Below, one piece after another: positions 18,808 to 26,779 of a DNA stretch of 64,000 nt. The translations under genes were made by a program, and so were the position numbers. The notes beneath the pieces were generated by a model. The model did no database searches and was not told the DNA's origin. It worked only from the letters and a program-made list of their open reading frames with translations. Origin of the DNA: Patescibacteria group bacterium (GTDB lineage Bacteria > Patescibacteriota > CPR2 > UBA1875); contig JBGSRK010000014.1 in NCBI GenBank assembly GCA_041737595.1, forward strand, positions 118 through 64,117. Direction: 5' to 3'. Each line of letters opens with the position of its first letter. The stretch's first letter is position 1.

Positions 18808-20011
18808 TGTTTGTGTAGTTGGTTCTGGACCTGCAGGGCTTATGTCTGCAATAACTGCTGGCAGTGCGGGACGATCTGTTATTCTTTTAGAAAAAAATGG
18901 AAAAATAGGCCGTAAAATTCTCGCAACTGGAAATGGCAGATGTAATATTACAAATAAGAATATAAATATTTCAAGATATCACGGAGGGGATAAAAATTTT
19001 ATCACTGAAGTAATAAATAAGTTTGATCAAAATAAAACTATAAATTATTTTGAATCATTAGGCATTTTATTAAAAGAAGAAGACAAGGGAAGAATTTTCC
19101 CAGTCACAAATCAAGCACAAACAATTGTGGATGCTCTTACACATGAACTTGAAAAAAATAATGTGAAAATAGAACTTCAAACTGAAGTAAAAAACATTGT
19201 AAAGGAAGATGATTTTATAATTACTCTTATTTCTGGTAATGTTATTTTTGCACGTAAATTAATATTAGCGACTGGTGGGAAAGCAGCACATCAATTTGGT
19301 TCTTCTGGTGATGGTATATTTTGGGCAAGAAATTTTGGTCATACAATTACTCAAATTCATGCAGCCCTTTGTCCTATTGAGGTAAACGAAAGTTGGGTTC
19401 GTGATATACAAGGGTTGAGAGTTGAAGCAAAATTAACTGCTATGGTAGATAATAAAAAAATTGCAGAATTTTATGGTGATACTCTTTTCACCCATTTTGG
19501 GATATCTGGCCCTGCTCCAATGGCATTTTCCGGGGATATATCACCCTTGATAAATAAATCTGAAATAAAAATAATAATAGATTTATTCTCAAATATAGAG
19601 GTTTTAGAGCTAGATAATAAACTGGAAAAAATATTTAAAAATGCAGGTAAAAAATCTGTTAAAAATTCCTTAAGTGGAGTTATCCCCCAAAATCTTGTAC
19701 CAATTATCCTTAAAATTATAGAAATTGATGAAAATAAAAAAGCCGCTGAGATATCAGCAAAATACAGAAAAAATATAGTTAATGCATTAAAAAATTTAAC
19801 TATCACGGTTAAATCAATAAGGCCCTTAAAAGAAGCACAAGTAACAAGGGGCGGGGTTGAACTTTCTGAAATTAACTCAAAAACACTTGAATCAAAAATT
19901 ATAAAAAATTTATATTTTGCAGGTGAAATTATGGATGTTGATGGAGACTCTGGTGGATTTAATCTTCAGTGGGCCTGGTCTTCAGGGTATTTAGCGGGTA
20001 ATAGTATTTAG
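18794..20011 (+). CDS. BaiN/HI0933-like NAD(P)/FAD-dependent oxidoreductase.
   Basis: GSGPAG dinucleotide motif, ATGNGRCN, and a GG..LQWAW C-terminal region. Confidence 0.8.
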   Translation: MKIFDVCVVGSGPAGLMSAITAGSAGRSVILLEKNGKIGRKILATGNGRCNITNKNINISRYHGGDKNFITEVINKFDQNKTINYFESLGILLKEEDKGRIFPVTNQAQTIVDALTHELEKNNVKIELQTEVKNIVKEDDFIITLISGNVIFARKLILATGGKAAHQFGSSGDGIFWARNFGHTITQIHAALCPIEVNESWVRDIQGLRVEAKLTAMVDNKKIAEFYGDTLFTHFGISGPAPMAFSGDISPLINKSEIKIIIDLFSNIEVLELDNKLEKIFKNAGKKSVKNSLSGVIPQNLVPIILKIIEIDENKKAAEISAKYRKNIVNALKNLTITVKSIRPLKEAQVTRGGVELSEINSKTLESKIIKNLYFAGEIMDVDGDSGGFNLQWAWSSGYLAGNSI

Positions 20012-21402
20012 TCTAAATTATCTAAATATGGTTTAATAAAACTACTTCTAGATGGGTGTCTAAGTTTTAATAAAACCTTTGATTCTATTTGTCTTATTCT
20101 TTCTCGAGTAATTCCAAATATTTTTCCAATGTCATCATATGTATGAGTATCTTCTCCATTTAAACCATATCTAAGTTCTATTATTTTTTTTTGTTTATCC
20201 GTAAAATCGTTAAGTAATACATTTAAATCTTCTTTTAAGAGTTTTTTGATTACCAACTTAGCTGTATCCTCAGATAATAATTGTTCATCAACTTCTTCTG
20301 ATTCGACATCTAGTGGCTCTTCTGCCATATTTCTATAACTCTTACTTTTTGCAATTTCGAAGTCTCTAGTTGGTATGCCTTTAAATTTTCTAGTTTTATT
20401 ATCTTTAACTTCTTCTTTTATTGTTTCTAATCTAGCTCTTTCTTTATTTAAATTATCAATAAGTGGTATTAAATCACTAATTATAGACTTATATTCTTTA
20501 ATACGAAAGCTATTAGATAGTGCATTTCCAATAATAAGTTTATCCCTCCATCTGTTTATAATATCTGTGCAAGTCTTTTCGCGTTTTTCTCTTAATATAT
20601 CAAGTTTTCGTCTTGCTTTAGCTATCTCCTCTTTAACCTCAGCAGCTTCTCTTCTTTTTACAATAAAAGTTTTTTCTTTATCTGTTTTTAAATCTTTTAG
20701 TTTTTGTAATTTTTCTTGGTAATCTTTGAGGAGTATGTCCAGTTCTGCTTCAATTGAATTTTCTTCATCAAGAGAATCAGTATCTAAAATTTCTTGATAT
20801 AATTTAGATATATCATCTACATCAAGCTCTCCTAAATACGAACGTTTATTCCAAATTTCATAATTAAGTTTACGGGAAAGAACCTCGATTGCATTTTCCA
20901 AATCTTTTTCTAATATTAATAATTCTTTTTGTGCAGAAATTGTTGCATCGTGTTCTTGGACTTCATCAGATAAATTTTCATAATGTTCAATATTTATATC
21001 TGGATCTTTTTCAGTGTATCTTTTGAATGAATTCTTTATACTATAATAAATTTTAGAATATAAATTTAAATTATCTTCATTAATATTATCAAGTTCTTCT
21101 ACATATTCTCTGATTGCTTCAATTAATCCAGTAATTCCTAATTGTCTTAAATCTTCAACAAATTGAGCTTTTTCAGCATATTCTTCAACAAACTTGTCAA
21201 CTAAGGGTTCATATAAATAAATAAGACGATCAAGCGCCTCTTCGTTTCCAGCTTTTAACTCTTTTAATAAGGAAAATATAGTTTCTGAGTCTCTATAACT
21301 TCTTTCATTGCGTTTTTTTTGTGCTATAAAATCACTTTCGGTATTTTCTAATCCAAGATGTTCCATATACCAAAGTATATTAGTTAAAGTAAAAATAAAC
21401 AA
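20008..21402 (-). CDS. Atypical sigma-70-like protein. It has a region-2.1/2.2-like N-terminal part, a coiled-coil K/E-rich segment of about 250 aa, and a canonical region 4 HTH that ends in RHPSRS.
   Basis: C-terminal ELRYGL...TYDDIGKIFGITRERIRQIESKVLLKLRHPSRS closely matches RpoD region 4.2. The middle of the protein lacks regions 2.3-3. Confidence 0.6.
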   Translation of the reverse strand: MFIFTLTNILWYMEHLGLENTESDFIAQKKRNERSYRDSETIFSLLKELKAGNEEALDRLIYLYEPLVDKFVEEYAEKAQFVEDLRQLGITGLIEAIREYVEELDNINEDNLNLYSKIYYSIKNSFKRYTEKDPDINIEHYENLSDEVQEHDATISAQKELLILEKDLENAIEVLSRKLNYEIWNKRSYLGELDVDDISKLYQEILDTDSLDEENSIEAELDILLKDYQEKLQKLKDLKTDKEKTFIVKRREAAEVKEEIAKARRKLDILREKREKTCTDIINRWRDKLIIGNALSNSFRIKEYKSIISDLIPLIDNLNKERARLETIKEEVKDNKTRKFKGIPTRDFEIAKSKSYRNMAEEPLDVESEEVDEQLLSEDTAKLVIKKLLKEDLNVLLNDFTDKQKKIIELRYGLNGEDTHTYDDIGKIFGITRERIRQIESKVLLKLRHPSRSSFIKPYLDNLD

Positions 21403-21411
21403 TATTTAAAA

Positions 21412-21470
21412 AAAGAAAGACCCGCACTGTATGCGCGGGATCTCCCCTTATACATTAGTGCGGGTAGTGA
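21412..21470 (-). terminator. GC-rich hairpin terminator with U-tract at the 3' end of the high-GC operon 21479-22781. A closely related element lies at 22886-22945.
   Basis: acccgcact ... agtgcgggt 9-bp stem. On the minus strand it is followed by tctttcttttttt. Confidence 0.6.
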
Positions 21471-21478
21471 TTGAGGTG

Positions 21479-21841
21479 CTATGCAACCAGGGCTTCGTCT
21501 GGCAGCATCTTGATGGGTTTCTTCTCCCAGTGATCGCACTTAGGAGGTAGAACGAAGGTTGTGCAGGCTACACCTGGGCTCCTTGGGTTAAGGAGTAGAT
21601 AGTAGGTGTAACGTGAAAGCTGATGGTTCTTCCTTGTACGATCAAGGATCGTCTTTCTGACATTCTTGTGTCGCTTCCCCATATCGTGATGTGAAATAGC
21701 GACATGTACCTCCCGAACATCAGGTTTGTACAAGATAGTTGTCTTGACATTGATGTTTTGAATCTTCTGCTCCATTGTTGCGAGCATCTCCTCTGGCGAT
21801 TGCAAGAACAGCGCCTCCCCGAGTTGTGGATTTCCAGGCAT
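21479..21841 (-). CDS. Hypothetical protein (120 aa), high GC. It is the last gene of a four-gene operon.
   Basis: Its ATG directly follows the stop of the upstream small ORF. The overlapping alternative-frame ORF 21568..21921 has junk-like R/S/C composition. Confidence 0.5.
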   Translation of the reverse strand: MPGNPQLGEALFLQSPEEMLATMEQKIQNINVKTTILYKPDVREVHVAISHHDMGKRHKNVRKTILDRTRKNHQLSRYTYYLLLNPRSPGVACTTFVLPPKCDHWEKKPIKMLPDEALVA

Positions 21842-21940
21842 CTATCGTTTCTTACGTGGTTTAGTGGATGGAGGTGATTTGCCCTTCTTTTGTTTGGGTT
21901 TTTTGTTTTCACGACCTCCACGGTTTCTGGGATGTGCCAC
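21842..21940 (-). CDS. Lys/Arg-rich micro-protein (32 aa), VAHPRNRGGRENKKPKQKKGKSPPSTKPRKKR, with a GTG start.
   Basis: Strong RBS aaggagg 7 nt upstream of the GTG. The stop is immediately followed by the next ATG. Confidence 0.3.
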   Translation of the reverse strand: MAHPRNRGGRENKKPKQKKGKSPPSTKPRKKR

Positions 21941-21952
21941 TAGAGCACCTCC

Positions 21953-22330
21953 TTAGTCATACTCACTGCTTCTGATTTGATCGGCTTTCTCGGTTTCAAT
22001 CTCCCTTTTGCTGAGTATGCCCGACTTGTTGAGCAGTTCATAAGCATACTCGCCAATCAGATTAGATGCAACATCTTCAAGCGAGTTTAAGGGTGGTTTT
22101 TGATTGAGTCCATAATCCCTTATGTTCTCAATTGCAGAATCCTCTGCTTCGATTCCAGATTCCACCCGATCAATCCGCTCAATGAAGGATAGGAGATACA
22201 AACCTCCCTTATTTTCGACGCAGGCGGTCAGCATGATCATTTCAAGATCATAGTCCGAGTCCCCGATCATCTTTATGATATGGGTCATAATCTCGGTTAC
22301 TCTCCCTATTACCCATTCATTGACTTTCAT
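21953..22330 (-). CDS. Hypothetical acidic protein (125 aa), high GC.
   Basis: ORF that overlaps the upstream gene by 14 nt, suggesting translational coupling. Confidence 0.5.
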   Translation of the reverse strand: MKVNEWVIGRVTEIMTHIIKMIGDSDYDLEMIMLTACVENKGGLYLLSFIERIDRVESGIEAEDSAIENIRDYGLNQKPPLNSLEDVASNLIGEYAYELLNKSGILSKREIETEKADQIRSSEYD

Positions 22331-22781
22331 GTTCCCCCCTACTGTGTTTTGCCCTCTTGTGGATATTAGTGAAGTGTTCCAAGATCTTTTTAGAGACTAA
22401 AACGAGAAAATTATTAGTCTCTTTAAAGATGTCTGGATCGATAGCTTCACCAGCAATGAAGTCTTCGAGGGTTTCATGAAAATCAGTAATAGCATCGATT
22501 GGGTCTGGATAGTCCTCCTTGATTGCTTCGAGAACTTCGGAATACCAACCGATCTTCTTGGCGAGGAAGAAGCAAAGTGCCCCTTCATCTACTAGTAGGT
22601 CCTCTTCCAAGAGAAAAAGCCATTCGATGGTGTTTGATGTAGTAATAAGTATTTCGAGATGTTCGTCTACAATCTCATCTGCTGCACCACCGATAATGCG
22701 GGCCATTTCGAGGACCGCAAAGCCACTCTCTATATCACGTACGATTGATGAGGAAACGGTAACTGTTACATCGCTGTACAT
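22317..22781 (-). CDS. Hypothetical acidic protein (154 aa), high GC. First gene of the operon.
   Basis: RBS gaggtgagg upstream. An AT-rich promoter-like region lies at 22790-22850. Confidence 0.5.
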   Translation of the reverse strand: MYSDVTVTVSSSIVRDIESGFAVLEMARIIGGAADEIVDEHLEILITTSNTIEWLFLLEEDLLVDEGALCFFLAKKIGWYSEVLEAIKEDYPDPIDAITDFHETLEDFIAGEAIDPDIFKETNNFLVLVSKKILEHFTNIHKRAKHSRGEHESQ

Positions 22782-22885
22782 AGTACCTCACCTCATTTCG
22801 TATCATTGGAAGTTGGGTCTATTTTATTACAAAATATAAAAGAAGCAAGGGATACATATAAATATATTTAAATATTAGTTAGTAA

Positions 22886-22945
22886 ACTATTTAAGAAAGA
22901 CCCGCACGTGTGCGAGTCAATCTTAATCGCTTAGTGCGGGCTAGA
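22886..22945 (-). terminator. GC-rich hairpin terminator of the EEP gene. The stop codon is embedded in the stem. It shares tatttaa-gaaagacccgcac ... ttagtgcggg with 21412-21470.
   Basis: cccgcac...gtgcggg stem plus a ccgccactaatgatggcgg hairpin. On the minus strand it is followed by tctttctt. Confidence 0.55.
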
Positions 22946-23857
22946 ATCCGCCATCATTAGTGGCGGGAATGGGTATTCGAGCGTTGTAACAACTGGATAA
23001 TGGTCAGATGGGTATCTACCAGAACGACTGTATTTGATTATCTGCCCACCAGAGACCTTCCATTCTGGTGATGCAAATATCATGTCGATTCGTGGTCCGC
23101 CAGAACCAGTAAAACCATGGAATGTTCCAATGGGTTTATCTGATTCTTCGATACAATCACGAAGTAGGTCGAAATTTCTTGCAGACTCGACCGAGTTACT
23201 TCTAAGAACGTTGAAGGTTGATGAATCTGCTGATTCATTGAAGTCTCCGCCAAGAATAACAAGATTACCGTTGTTGTTATGCACCCAACTCGCGAGCATT
23301 CTGACTGACTCTTTTCGCGATTCACTTGATTCATGGTCAAGATGAGTTGAGGCAACTGCAATTGGTTGTGATTGAAATTCATCCCACAGCGTTAGAGAAG
23401 TGTAGCAACGAGGTATTCTATTCCCCCAACTTACTGATTCAGTAAGTTTAGGAGCGTTTGAAAACCAGAGTCTTTCCGTTGTGTTGACCTGAACTCTAAA
23501 TCGGTCTTCACGAAAGAAAATAACTGGGTATCCTCGCCATTGCTTCCCAATACCGGCTGTTGCGACTCGGTAACCTAGAACTTTTGATTTCAGGTAACTG
23601 AGTTGCATCGGGGTTGCTTCTTGAATCATGATGATGTCTGGGGCTACTTCTTTGATGACATCAACGACCATTGTTCTCCTGAAAAGCCAAGAGTCTAATC
23701 CGTCAAAAGCCATACTTGTTCTGATATTAAAGCTCATGACGATAAGCCCATCTCTTTCGGGCCAGACCATCGGTTCAGTTCCTTGTTGTATTCCACTCAA
23801 AGGTACTACTGCAATAAGCAGCAATACTATGGCTAAAAGCCTTAGTTTCCTGCTCAT
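22931..23857 (-). CDS. Secreted endonuclease/exonuclease/phosphatase (EEP) family protein, GC about 50%.
   Basis: Signal peptide MSRKLRLLAIVLLLIAVVPLSG. EEP motifs: IMIQE, GGDFN, and SDHYPV at the C-terminus. Confidence 0.75.
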   Translation of the reverse strand: MSRKLRLLAIVLLLIAVVPLSGIQQGTEPMVWPERDGLIVMSFNIRTSMAFDGLDSWLFRRTMVVDVIKEVAPDIIMIQEATPMQLSYLKSKVLGYRVATAGIGKQWRGYPVIFFREDRFRVQVNTTERLWFSNAPKLTESVSWGNRIPRCYTSLTLWDEFQSQPIAVASTHLDHESSESRKESVRMLASWVHNNNGNLVILGGDFNESADSSTFNVLRSNSVESARNFDLLRDCIEESDKPIGTFHGFTGSGGPRIDMIFASPEWKVSGGQIIKYSRSGRYPSDHYPVVTTLEYPFPPLMMADSSPH

Positions 23858-23937
23858 CGCTTACTCCTTTTCTTGGGAGATTGTGATGGTATTTTAAATT
23901 AATAAACCTACAAATGCAAATTAAACAATTTAAGATA

Positions 23938-25065
23938 TTATTTTTTATTATTAGATAGTTTATTTTCGTGACGTTTTTTAGTTCTCTTGCGAAGTTCTTT
24001 AATTAGTTTTCTAGGATCAGTTGGGACATACCCTCCACGAAGAACCTTTGAAAGATAAAACCTTGAAGAAAGATAGAATAAAAGTGCCAATGCAAGGATT
24101 GCAGAAACACTAACTAATATATTTTCTTTAAGGCCCGCTGAAGCAAGAATAGTGGGTGGGGTATCCCCTCCTCCAGTTTCTATTTCAGGTGTTTCTGGTG
24201 GCACCTCAGGTTGGTAGTTCCCAAAAATAAAATTTTGTGTAGAAGTGTCTGTAGTTACGTTATGTGAATCTGTTAAACCAGTTGTACTTTCCCAACCATC
24301 TTTAAGTATTTCGGTTACAGTATAATCGCCTTGATCAAGTTCAGTTAAAGTAGCTTGGCCAATTAAGTCAGTAGTTACTGTTTCTGAAACATTATTACCA
24401 ATTACTTTAAATTGCCAGCCCGAAAGGTATGACTCACTAGTTTCTCTTATCCCATTATGGTTTAAATCATTATATTTTCTTATGGTTAATGATATTTTTG
24501 GTGTCTCAGGTGTTTCGGGTATTGGCGTTGGTGCTGGTGCTGGGCGAATTCTTTTACCAACTCCAATAACTATGTTTCCACATGATTTTAAAATACCATA
24601 AGCCATAGAACCATCATAATTTTGGTAAATATATGCATCAATTGAAGTAGATAAAAAACTTACAGAAGGGTGACGTTTATAAAGAGGATAAGAAAGACCA
24701 GTTATCTTAGTAGAACCAGAGATGTTATGCCTACCCATGGTATATACATTAGTAGCAATAACCTTATTTGCAACAAGGACCTGGTTTGTCTTTGTTACTC
24801 TACCTTCTTTTAAATTTGGAATATCAGAAATATCAAACCCATATTTTTTAAAAAGTGCTTTAAGCTCTTTTGAGGTTTGATAAGTTTTACCGGTTCCGTT
24901 ATTTAATTTATTAGTTAGTTCAGTTTTTGTTAGTGTTCCACAATAAATTACTGAATTGCCATCACAATCTCTAGCTCCAGCAAATGCAACAGGTATAAAT
25001 AATGAAATATTTAAAAATATTACTAAACTTATTAAAGCTATTTTCTGAATATATATTTTGTTCAT
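23938..25065 (-). CDS. Secreted or membrane-anchored surface protein. Its N-terminal domain is shared with the protein at 47073..49022, followed by one prealbumin/SdrD-B-like repeat, a Pro/Thr linker and a TM anchor.
   Basis: Signal peptide. DCDGNSVIYCGTLT...KSCGNIV is conserved with the paralog. Confidence 0.6.
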   Translation of the reverse strand: MNKIYIQKIALISLVIFLNISLFIPVAFAGARDCDGNSVIYCGTLTKTELTNKLNNGTGKTYQTSKELKALFKKYGFDISDIPNLKEGRVTKTNQVLVANKVIATNVYTMGRHNISGSTKITGLSYPLYKRHPSVSFLSTSIDAYIYQNYDGSMAYGILKSCGNIVIGVGKRIRPAPAPTPIPETPETPKISLTIRKYNDLNHNGIRETSESYLSGWQFKVIGNNVSETVTTDLIGQATLTELDQGDYTVTEILKDGWESTTGLTDSHNVTTDTSTQNFIFGNYQPEVPPETPEIETGGGDTPPTILASAGLKENILVSVSAILALALLFYLSSRFYLSKVLRGGYVPTDPRKLIKELRKRTKKRHENKLSNNKK

Positions 25066-25178
25066 TTTCCCCCTAAAATTATTACATATATATTATGTTT
25101 CTTTTAAATAATTATGTCAACCAATAAAGTAAAAAAGCACCGAATTTTAGCTCGGTGCTTTAATCTATTTTAAATATC

Positions 25179-25778
25179 TTATTTGAAAATTTTAAATTTC
25201 TTTTTTGGTGGTTCCGCTTTTGTTTCTGGTGTAACAGTTTTATATGGTTTTTGTTTATTTTGACTTGTTTTTGTATGGAGCGTAAACCTTTCAGATTCCT
25301 TATCTAAATCATAGAAATCATCTACTTCATTAATTAGTTTAGCCGATGTACTTTTCCCAAAAGATATTACTTCTGCTCGACAACCCTCTGCTTTAACATG
25401 GTGGAGAAGGTCTACATAATCTCCATCTCCTGAAATAAGAACTACTGCATCTAATTTTGGTGCCATCTTCAAAACATCAACTGCAACACCAACATCCCAG
25501 TCACCTTTTTTCTGCCCAGATACAAAAGTTTGAAGTTCTTTTGATTTAACTTCAAAACCAAGACCAGAAAGAGCATCAAAAAATGTTTGTTCTTCTGGCA
25601 TATCAGCCTTAATTGTATAAGCAATCGCTCTAATTAGTTTTCGACCAGAAATTGCTTCTTTTAATATTTCGCCAAAGTTAACTTTGTGCCCATAAAGTGC
25701 TTTTGCACTGTAATATAAATTTTGGACATCAACAAAAACACCAACTCTTTGATCGGGGTTTTTTAAATTATTTAACAT
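25179..25778 (-). CDS. NYN-domain (LabA-like) protein.
   Basis: VGVFVDVQNLYY ... VLISGDGDY motif pattern. Confidence 0.75.
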   Translation of the reverse strand: MLNNLKNPDQRVGVFVDVQNLYYSAKALYGHKVNFGEILKEAISGRKLIRAIAYTIKADMPEEQTFFDALSGLGFEVKSKELQTFVSGQKKGDWDVGVAVDVLKMAPKLDAVVLISGDGDYVDLLHHVKAEGCRAEVISFGKSTSAKLINEVDDFYDLDKESERFTLHTKTSQNKQKPYKTVTPETKAEPPKKKFKIFK

Positions 25779-25821
25779 TTTCCTCCTTAAATTTTATAAT
25801 AATATTAGAAATGTGGACTTA

Positions 25822-26169
25822 TTAAAAACTGAATTTTTCTGGCGGTAGATCAAGTGTTTGCCAATTTCCAAATTCATCTTTTTTAAAAACAGTTACTTTA
25901 TAAGAAAACTCATCTTCTGAAACAACAAATTCTACATCAGCGCCACCAGCTCCCTTATGATAATGGGCTTTTCTATCTAATATTTTAGGGTGAGAAGTTC
26001 TTTCAATTTTTAAACTTCCCAAGGGTGAATCAAATTCTAACGCTTCAATTTTTTGGGGAAGTTTATTCCCTATGTCATCTTCCAAAACATTGTTAGAGAC
26101 ATGAGATTCAAATTTCCCAAATCTATTTTCTATCTTATCTTTTAGATCTTGCCATCTTTCATCGTTCAT
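25822..26169 (-). CDS. Hypothetical protein (115 aa).
   Basis: ORF with native composition. Confidence 0.45.
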   Translation of the reverse strand: MNDERWQDLKDKIENRFGKFESHVSNNVLEDDIGNKLPQKIEALEFDSPLGSLKIERTSHPKILDRKAHYHKGAGGADVEFVVSEDEFSYKVTVFKKDEFGNWQTLDLPPEKFSF

Positions 26170-26170
26170 T

Positions 26171-26779
26171 TTAAACCATATCTTTCTGAGCAGGTGCTAC
26201 TGTGAAATATTCTACTCCCTTATATTCTAACTTATTACCTACTTCAAGTCGAGTAATGGAAGCATTTCTAATTTCAGTTTTATTAATTTCAGAAAAATCA
26301 ACTAAGTTAGTTAGAACTTGAACTGCAGCTATAACTTCACCATGAGTTATTACAGCAATATTTTTCCCTTGGTTTTTTTTACTTATATCTTGAATAAATT
26401 CCTCAGTACGATGTAAAACTTCAGCTATTGGCTCACCAAACTTTAAAAACCTCTCTGGGTGGTTAATGTAAATATCAATTTGTTTTTTATTACGTTTATT
26501 TTTTTCAATACCTTCCCAGACCTTAATATTAATTTCTATCAGCCTTTTATCAATATGTACTTTATTACTTTCAGCAATTATTTTTGCAGTTTCTCTCGCA
26601 CGAAAAAGAGGGCTAGAATAATAAGAATTAATACCAATATTATTTAAGTATTTTTTAATTATTTGAGCCTGAAATTCTCCAAGCTTTGATAATTTAAAAT
26701 TAGGTAATTGACCATAAATAATTTTTTTAGGGTTAAATACTTCACCATGTCTTATAAAAAATATGTTTGTTTTTTTCAA
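26171..26779 (-). CDS. Histidine phosphatase family protein, phosphoglycerate-mutase-like.
   Basis: RHGE catalytic motif (IFFIRHGEV) and a later RARETA. Confidence 0.75.
   Translation of the reverse strand: MKKTNIFFIRHGEVFNPKKIIYGQLPNFKLSKLGEFQAQIIKKYLNNIGINSYYSSPLFRARETAKIIAESNKVHIDKRLIEINIKVWEGIEKNKRNKKQIDIYINHPERFLKFGEPIAEVLHRTEEFIQDISKKNQGKNIAVITHGEVIAAVQVLTNLVDFSEINKTEIRNASITRLEVGNKLEYKGVEYFTVAPAQKDMV

Noticed and set aside
21568-21921. 117-aa minus-strand ORF overlapping both the 32-aa basic ORF and the 120-aa gene.
   Set aside because: Its composition is junk-like (R/S/C-rich). The competing frames have a strong RBS and a stop-start junction. It is kept only as an alternative in the operon finding.
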